This document shows, one piece after another, positions 59,121 to 64,000 of a DNA stretch of 64,000 bases. The notes under the pieces were generated by a model that was not told where the DNA came from, ran no database searches, and saw nothing but the letters and a program-made list of their open reading frames with translations. How positions within the stretch are numbered: the stretch's first letter is position 1; the number at the start of each line of letters is the position of its first letter. Made by a program: the position numbers and the translations under genes. Location of the stretch: IMG/VR virus record IMGVR_UViG_3300028048_000040, positions 278,329 to 342,328 of that record; one strand, given 5' to 3'. The stretch comes from a virus. Taxonomy: Duplodnaviria > Caudoviricetes.

Positions 59121-60593
59121 ATGGGAAATAGATGTCATTGCCCTTGCCCTCCAGGATATACTCATATATTAGAGCATATGGAGTTTGGTAATTGCATTCC
59201 TAATCATATATTCGATCCCAATCCACCACAGTATTATGGTAGTGGATGGGTTTTTAATCCGCCAGAATTTCATACCTTGTATAACCAGATTTCTAACTGC
59301 CAACCTGGTATGACATCTGGTCTATATAATCCCAATGGTCCTCTCAAGATTTGTCCTGCTAAATGTGCTGCTACAATGCTTACCGGTGTTTCTACATCAA
59401 CTAAGATTGTTCTTTCTCTTACTTTTACTTATACCAATGATAAGTTTAATAAGACTGTAGATATAGAACAAGGGAAAGTGTATACATTTACTTATCTTGA
59501 GAATGGTACTATTAAAAAATGTACTGGTCTTGTTAACAATATCTATAAAGTAAACTCTATTGAAGAGAATGCTAATATTTATAAGATTAAGATAGATTGT
59601 TCTGCTAATTATGCTAATAGTGTAGTAGTAATCAAATCTGATCAAGTAAGAGATGTTGTTCTATATCAAGAATATGCTGAAGAAGATATGACTATTGAAT
59701 CTTCTTTACATAGAAATGGTACAACTGCTGCAGCAGCTATCAAAGATGCTGTTATTAAAGATGCATCTATTGATGCTGCTGGTAATATTCTTAAAGGTAC
59801 TATTGTAGCTGGTACTATTACTAATGGTACAACTGTAGATGGCGTAGCTGAAGGTATGAATAATCAAAACCATAAAGTTTATGTTATTAATGCCCTTACT
59901 ACTGGTGGTATTATTCAGGATGGTTTCATTCTTTATGGTATGCTACGTTCTGGAGATGTAGATGGTCAAAAGAATGATGAAACTGGTATTGTAGAAAATG
60001 CTACTATTAATGGTATTATTGCTAATACCCTTATCATTAATTCTGAAGTATTTGGTGGTAAGACTGAAAATGGCGAATATATTAATCCAGTTATAGAAGA
60101 TTCTATTGTAGAAGATGCTCTTATTACTGGTACTGATATGGTTACTACTGGTGGAGTTACTATTGGTAATATTACTACTGGTGGTGTTACTATAGGTGGT
60201 ACTGCTACTGGTGGATATGCTAGTGGTGTAAAAGATGGAATTATCTATCATATTCTAAATGGTCAAACTGTTGCTAAAACAGGTGGACAGCTTAGAACTA
60301 CTGGTGGTGTATTAACTGGTGGTACTCTTATGGGTGGTCAGAAAGTAGGTAATATGACTATTGGTGGAGTTATTACTGGTGGTACATTAACAGGAGGCAA
60401 AACTACTGGTGGTATTACTAGTGGTGGAACTTTCTATACAGAACCTGCTACTGAGATAGCATTACAGAATTTAAAAGTTGAACAAGTAAGTAAGTCTGGA
60501 TCGACTGCTGTAACATCTAATCCAAGAAGGAGTGTTCTTAAACCACCTCCTCCATTATCTAATGATGCTCAGTTTGGAATACAGATGAATTAA
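59121..60593 (+). CDS. Putative virion protein with Cys/Pro-rich N-terminus and Gly/Thr repeat region
   Basis: Repeats such as TGGVTIGNITTGGVTIGG; late-type promoter at 59083. Confidence 0.6.
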   Translation: MGNRCHCPCPPGYTHILEHMEFGNCIPNHIFDPNPPQYYGSGWVFNPPEFHTLYNQISNCQPGMTSGLYNPNGPLKICPAKCAATMLTGVSTSTKIVLSLTFTYTNDKFNKTVDIEQGKVYTFTYLENGTIKKCTGLVNNIYKVNSIEENANIYKIKIDCSANYANSVVVIKSDQVRDVVLYQEYAEEDMTIESSLHRNGTTAAAAIKDAVIKDASIDAAGNILKGTIVAGTITNGTTVDGVAEGMNNQNHKVYVINALTTGGIIQDGFILYGMLRSGDVDGQKNDETGIVENATINGIIANTLIINSEVFGGKTENGEYINPVIEDSIVEDALITGTDMVTTGGVTIGNITTGGVTIGGTATGGYASGVKDGIIYHILNGQTVAKTGGQLRTTGGVLTGGTLMGGQKVGNMTIGGVITGGTLTGGKTTGGITSGGTFYTEPATEIALQNLKVEQVSKSGSTAVTSNPRRSVLKPPPPLSNDAQFGIQMN

Positions 60594-60626
60594 GTTTTAA
60601 ATAAAAGGTGAAAGGATGAATTCCTA

Positions 60627-61220
60627 ATGACTAAAGCGCAATATCTTGCCGCTATGGCGAAGTACAAAACTAAAGAAGATACCTTTAACGAGAATAAGTT
60701 TGTCCAGAAAGTAGCTGGCAAAGGTCTCTCCACTGAAGATTATACCACTGCAGAACAGACCAAACTTTCTGGCGTTGAGACTGGTGCACAGGTTAACGTA
60801 ATTGAATCTATTTCTGTTAATAGTACTGCACTGACTGTTACTTCTAAGGGTGTAAATATCGATCTGTCTGCTTATGCTCTTGCAACCGATATTAGCTCTG
60901 TATATAAATACAAAGGTTCTCTTGGTTCTTATGCTCTGCTTCCTACCACTGGTCAGGAAGTCGGCGATGTTTACAATATCGAAGCTGCTGATGCTACTAA
61001 TGGCATCAATGCTGGTGACAATGTAGCATGGAATGGTACTGCATGGGATGTACTTGCTGGTACTGTTGACCTGTCTGGTTATGTACAGGCTGAAACTGGT
61101 AAGGGTCTGTCTCATATCGATGTAACTCAGGCTATGAAAGATGCTTGGGATGCAGCCGCTACTGGTGAAGATGTTACTCAGGCTGAAATTAATGCACTCT
61201 TTGGTGAAGTTTCCAGCTAA
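60627..61220 (+). CDS. Head/tail fibre protein
   Basis: KVAGKGLSTEDYTTAEQTKLSGVETGAQVNVIE and YKYKGS..GDVYN..GDNVAWNGTAWDVL fibre motifs. Confidence 0.75.
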   Translation: MTKAQYLAAMAKYKTKEDTFNENKFVQKVAGKGLSTEDYTTAEQTKLSGVETGAQVNVIESISVNSTALTVTSKGVNIDLSAYALATDISSVYKYKGSLGSYALLPTTGQEVGDVYNIEAADATNGINAGDNVAWNGTAWDVLAGTVDLSGYVQAETGKGLSHIDVTQAMKDAWDAAATGEDVTQAEINALFGEVSS

Positions 61221-61246
61221 TATAAATATTTGATTAGCTATAAGAT

Positions 61247-61280
61247 GTTAGAGCCTCTTTTGAGGCTCTAACTTTATTTT
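61247..61280 (+). terminator. Terminator after the fibre gene
   Basis: GTTAGAGCCTC-TTTT-GAGGCTCTAAC followed by T-rich tail. Confidence 0.8.
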
Positions 61281-61300
61281 ATTAAAAAGGAGAGGAATTC

Positions 61301-63334
61301 ATGCCTAAGAATATAGACGAGAAAGTCTTATCTTGTTTGGTTGTGAACAACGCTGACGCATTTACAGACTTAGCTAGTGTTGTTACATGGAATAACTCTG
61401 CTCAGTTAGTAACTGGCGGTGTATATGGTAACAAGTGTTTGTATTTTGATAATAGCACAACCAATACTAAATCTAAAAATGGTGCAGACGTATTTGAATT
61501 CTATGAAACTCCAGACGATCCTGCAATGGTTGAGATTACCTCAACACAAATTATCTTTAAAGACTTTAGAAATCTTACAGTGACCAGTGGTGTTACTGAA
61601 ACTATCGATCCATCTAAATATAAAAATGTGATCGAAATAGATACTACTAATGCTACTATTACAGCAGTACCTAAAGATGCTATTTTTATTACTAAAGAAC
61701 CAATTGAGTTTACTTCTAGTAATTACTTCTCTGGTGTAAACTTTACTAAATCTGCTACATCTATCACTACCAAATTCCTGTTATCTGTAGATAATGGTAA
61801 TACTTGGTATACATTTAAGAATAGTGTATGGACTGCTTGTACTGTAGCCAATATTGATGCTGACGGTATTGATGATATTACAGCAGTGGCCTATTCTGAT
61901 ATCTCTACCTTCCTTTCTGGTAAAACAGAAGTAATGGTATTGATGAAAGCTGGTGTAGAATGTCCTGATGCTGGTACATATACTGTAGGTAATAAAACTC
62001 TTAGTAGCATATCTTATGCGTTTGGTTCTGGCCATACAGTAGATGCTAACTCTTATACAGCATTCAATGTGACTAACAAACTATACTCCAATCCTATTGC
62101 TGCTGCTAATAACTTTGGTGCATTTGTTCAGTCTTCTGCTTGGACAATCTCTTTCTGGTTTAAATTTAATTATACTCAGCGTACTGTATATAGTTCTACT
62201 GATTATACTGCATCAGCTACTACTAGTGCTCTGACTAATTATGTATTAAGCCTGAATAATGATTTGCTAAGAGTAAACTTTTCTGTTAATCTTACCAGTG
62301 GTGCATCTACTCCTATTTCTATTAGCAATCTGAAATTGTTTGGCAAAGATCTAGTAGAATCTGGCACAGACACTTTCTCTGCTACATCTAATATTTCTAG
62401 CCTTGCAGATGTATCTAATAGGTGGATTCACTTTGCTCTTGTAAAGAACAGTGGTACTATCCATGCATATATTGATGGTAAGAAAGCCCTTGGCTATACT
62501 GTTGGTGGTACGCCTAGAATTGGCTGCTCTTATAGCAACTGGGTATCTTCTCAGAGTCCATCCTTCTCTACAGTTGAAGCAAATACTCTAACTGTTGAAA
62601 AACATGATAGAGGATTTGATACTGAAGATATCAAGTATAAGACCTATTTTGATGAAATGGTTTATACTAAAGAAGCTCTGTGGACAGATGAGTTTACTGT
62701 TCCTGTAGATTATATTTACAATATTCTTGGTAACATTGGTAATATCACTAAGGAACAGTATCTTGCTGCAATGGCTAAATACCTTGCTAAAGAGCATACC
62801 TTCAATGACAATAAGTTTGTTCAGAAAGTTACAGGGAAAGGTTTGTCTACCAATGACTTCTCTACTGCAGAACAAACTAAACTTAGTGGTATCGAAACTG
62901 GTGCACAAGTCAATATAATTGAAACTGTATCTGTTAATAGTACTGCTCTTAGTCCAGATTCTAATGGTAATATCAATATTGACATGTCTACTTATGCTAC
63001 TTCTTCTGATATTACATCTGGCTTAACTTACAAAGGTTCTGTTGCTACTTATTCTGCACTTCCTTCTAGTAATCTTGCTGTTGGTGATGTTTACAACATC
63101 GAAACAGCTGATACTACTAATGCTATTAAAGCTGGCGATAATTTAGTATGGACTGGTACTACATGGGATAATCTCGGTGGAAGCATAGACCTGTCTGGTT
63201 ATGTACAGGCTGAAGCTGGTAAAGGTCTGTCTCATATCGATGTAACTCAAACTATGAAAAATACTTGGGATAACATTGATGCTAATGACGACGTATTAGA
63301 CAGTGATTTTGATTCCATGTTTCCCTCTTCTTAA
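61301..63334 (+). CDS. Fibre protein with LamG-like domain plus a duplicated fibre module
   Basis: WTISFWF..WIHFALVK..YIDG..YFDEM LamG pattern; last about 195 aa duplicate 60627..61220. Confidence 0.75.
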   Translation: MPKNIDEKVLSCLVVNNADAFTDLASVVTWNNSAQLVTGGVYGNKCLYFDNSTTNTKSKNGADVFEFYETPDDPAMVEITSTQIIFKDFRNLTVTSGVTETIDPSKYKNVIEIDTTNATITAVPKDAIFITKEPIEFTSSNYFSGVNFTKSATSITTKFLLSVDNGNTWYTFKNSVWTACTVANIDADGIDDITAVAYSDISTFLSGKTEVMVLMKAGVECPDAGTYTVGNKTLSSISYAFGSGHTVDANSYTAFNVTNKLYSNPIAAANNFGAFVQSSAWTISFWFKFNYTQRTVYSSTDYTASATTSALTNYVLSLNNDLLRVNFSVNLTSGASTPISISNLKLFGKDLVESGTDTFSATSNISSLADVSNRWIHFALVKNSGTIHAYIDGKKALGYTVGGTPRIGCSYSNWVSSQSPSFSTVEANTLTVEKHDRGFDTEDIKYKTYFDEMVYTKEALWTDEFTVPVDYIYNILGNIGNITKEQYLAAMAKYLAKEHTFNDNKFVQKVTGKGLSTNDFSTAEQTKLSGIETGAQVNIIETVSVNSTALSPDSNGNINIDMSTYATSSDITSGLTYKGSVATYSALPSSNLAVGDVYNIETADTTNAIKAGDNLVWTGTTWDNLGGSIDLSGYVQAEAGKGLSHIDVTQTMKNTWDNIDANDDVLDSDFDSMFPSS

Positions 63335-63412
63335 TTAAGATAAAATAACCTGTAGACTTTTAATTAGTCTACAGGTTTTATTTAGAAATAACTTATAAAG
63401 AGGGGTGTAAAA

Positions 63413-63823
63413 ATGCCAGAGCAACAACAACCGGTATATAAAAGATGGCCAAAAGCTATATGGGAACAATTCTGTGAAGAATTTACCATATTCTTTTCTA
63501 TGGCAGTTTCCAATTTAGTTCTTGTGGATGGTGTACAAATAGATAGTTTAGACCATGTATCTCATTTTGGTGTATGTAGTACTGCTGGCAATGTACAGGC
63601 TAAGACTGTTAATATTCCTCAGTATAATTTAGTTACTGGGGCAAGAGTAACAGTTAAGTTTGAGAATGAAAACACTTCTACTAATCCAACTTTAAATGTT
63701 AGTGATACTGGTGCTAAAACTATTATATATAAAGGCAGTAATATATCAGCAAATGCGATAACAGCTAATACTGTTTTAGAACTTGTTTATGATGGAACCA
63801 ATTATTTAGTAATTGGTTTATAA
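63413..63823 (+). CDS. Tail fibre-related protein
   Basis: GVCSTA..AKTV..LVTGARVTVKF..PTLNV..TGAK..YDGT pattern. Confidence 0.65.
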   Translation: MPEQQQPVYKRWPKAIWEQFCEEFTIFFSMAVSNLVLVDGVQIDSLDHVSHFGVCSTAGNVQAKTVNIPQYNLVTGARVTVKFENENTSTNPTLNVSDTGAKTIIYKGSNISANAITANTVLELVYDGTNYLVIGL

Positions 63824-63873
63824 TAGGAATTAATGAAATGAATTTTGAAAATAAAATAACTCTTGCTCATATA

Positions 63874-63885
63874 GGGGGGGGGGGG
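63874..63885 (+). repeat. Poly-G tract (G12) in a short ORF starting at 63838
   Basis: ATG at 63838 reads MNFENKITLAHIGGGG then TAA; G11 would extend the frame to TAG at 63977-63979. Confidence 0.9.
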
Positions 63886-64000
63886 TAATAATTATCAATC
63901 TCTCTTATCTATATGGGTAAATAGATCATCATTCATTCTAAATAATAATTGGAATTATTGCCCTCCGATTATTGTTTAGGATGGTGTGAACTAATGAATT

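Noticed and set aside
865-62918. Numerous short opposite-strand or nested ORFs in the track (e.g. 31161..32135, 37566..38189, 39258..39950, 15732..16232, 25824..26018, 25852..26136)
   Set aside because: They lie antisense to or inside well-supported genes and look like codon-bias shadows; the two at 25.8-26.1 kb are antisense to the micropeptide unit.
2623-63379. Many short perfect palindromes as a mobile repeat family
   Set aside because: Their sequences are unrelated to each other and they sit just after stop codons, as expected for intrinsic terminators.
60627-64000. Diversity-generating retroelement in the fibre region
   Set aside because: No reverse transcriptase in the window, and differences between the duplicated fibre modules are not adenine-specific.
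1-64000. Stop-codon reassignment
   Set aside because: Core genes are full length in code 11, and TAA, TAG and TGA all end genes at sensible positions.
1-64000. tRNA, rRNA or tmRNA genes
   Set aside because: No cloverleaf or T-loop signature was recognised by eye; tRNAscan/Aragorn would settle it.

Overview
AT-rich, densely coding 64-kb segment of a large tailed (myovirus-like) jumbo phage, most similar in gene content and regulatory signals to the AR9/PBS1-type group. It encodes a multisubunit RNA polymerase beta-prime subunit, a probable non-virion RNAP promoter-specificity subunit (AR9 gp226-like), a GroEL-like chaperonin, primase, major capsid protein, prohead protease, terminase large subunit, baseplate/tail and fibre proteins, and nucleotide-housekeeping enzymes (HAM1/RdgB, MYG1, dNMP kinase, PARG-type macrodomain). 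An intact Omp85/TpsB outer-membrane transporter suggests a diderm host, possibly Negativicutes (inference). Two strict phage promoter motifs can be read directly from the sequence: ATATAYYAT-N5-TG (15 copies, early-type) and HACA-N6-TAR (21 copies, late-type). Using them as a transcription map reveals a layer missed by the ORF track: (i) several promoter-to-terminator units without ORFs, i.e. candidate small RNAs, most carrying anti-Shine-Dalgarno motifs; (ii) a triple promoter driving two paralogous 19- and 26-aa acidic micropeptides. Also missed by the track are (iii) a 58-aa gene that copies a 13-residue motif from the capsid C-terminal tail, (iv) two poly-G tracts that truncate genes and look phase-variable, and (v) a probable -1 frameshift in a tail chaperone. 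All family assignments are from motif recognition only; no database searches were run.
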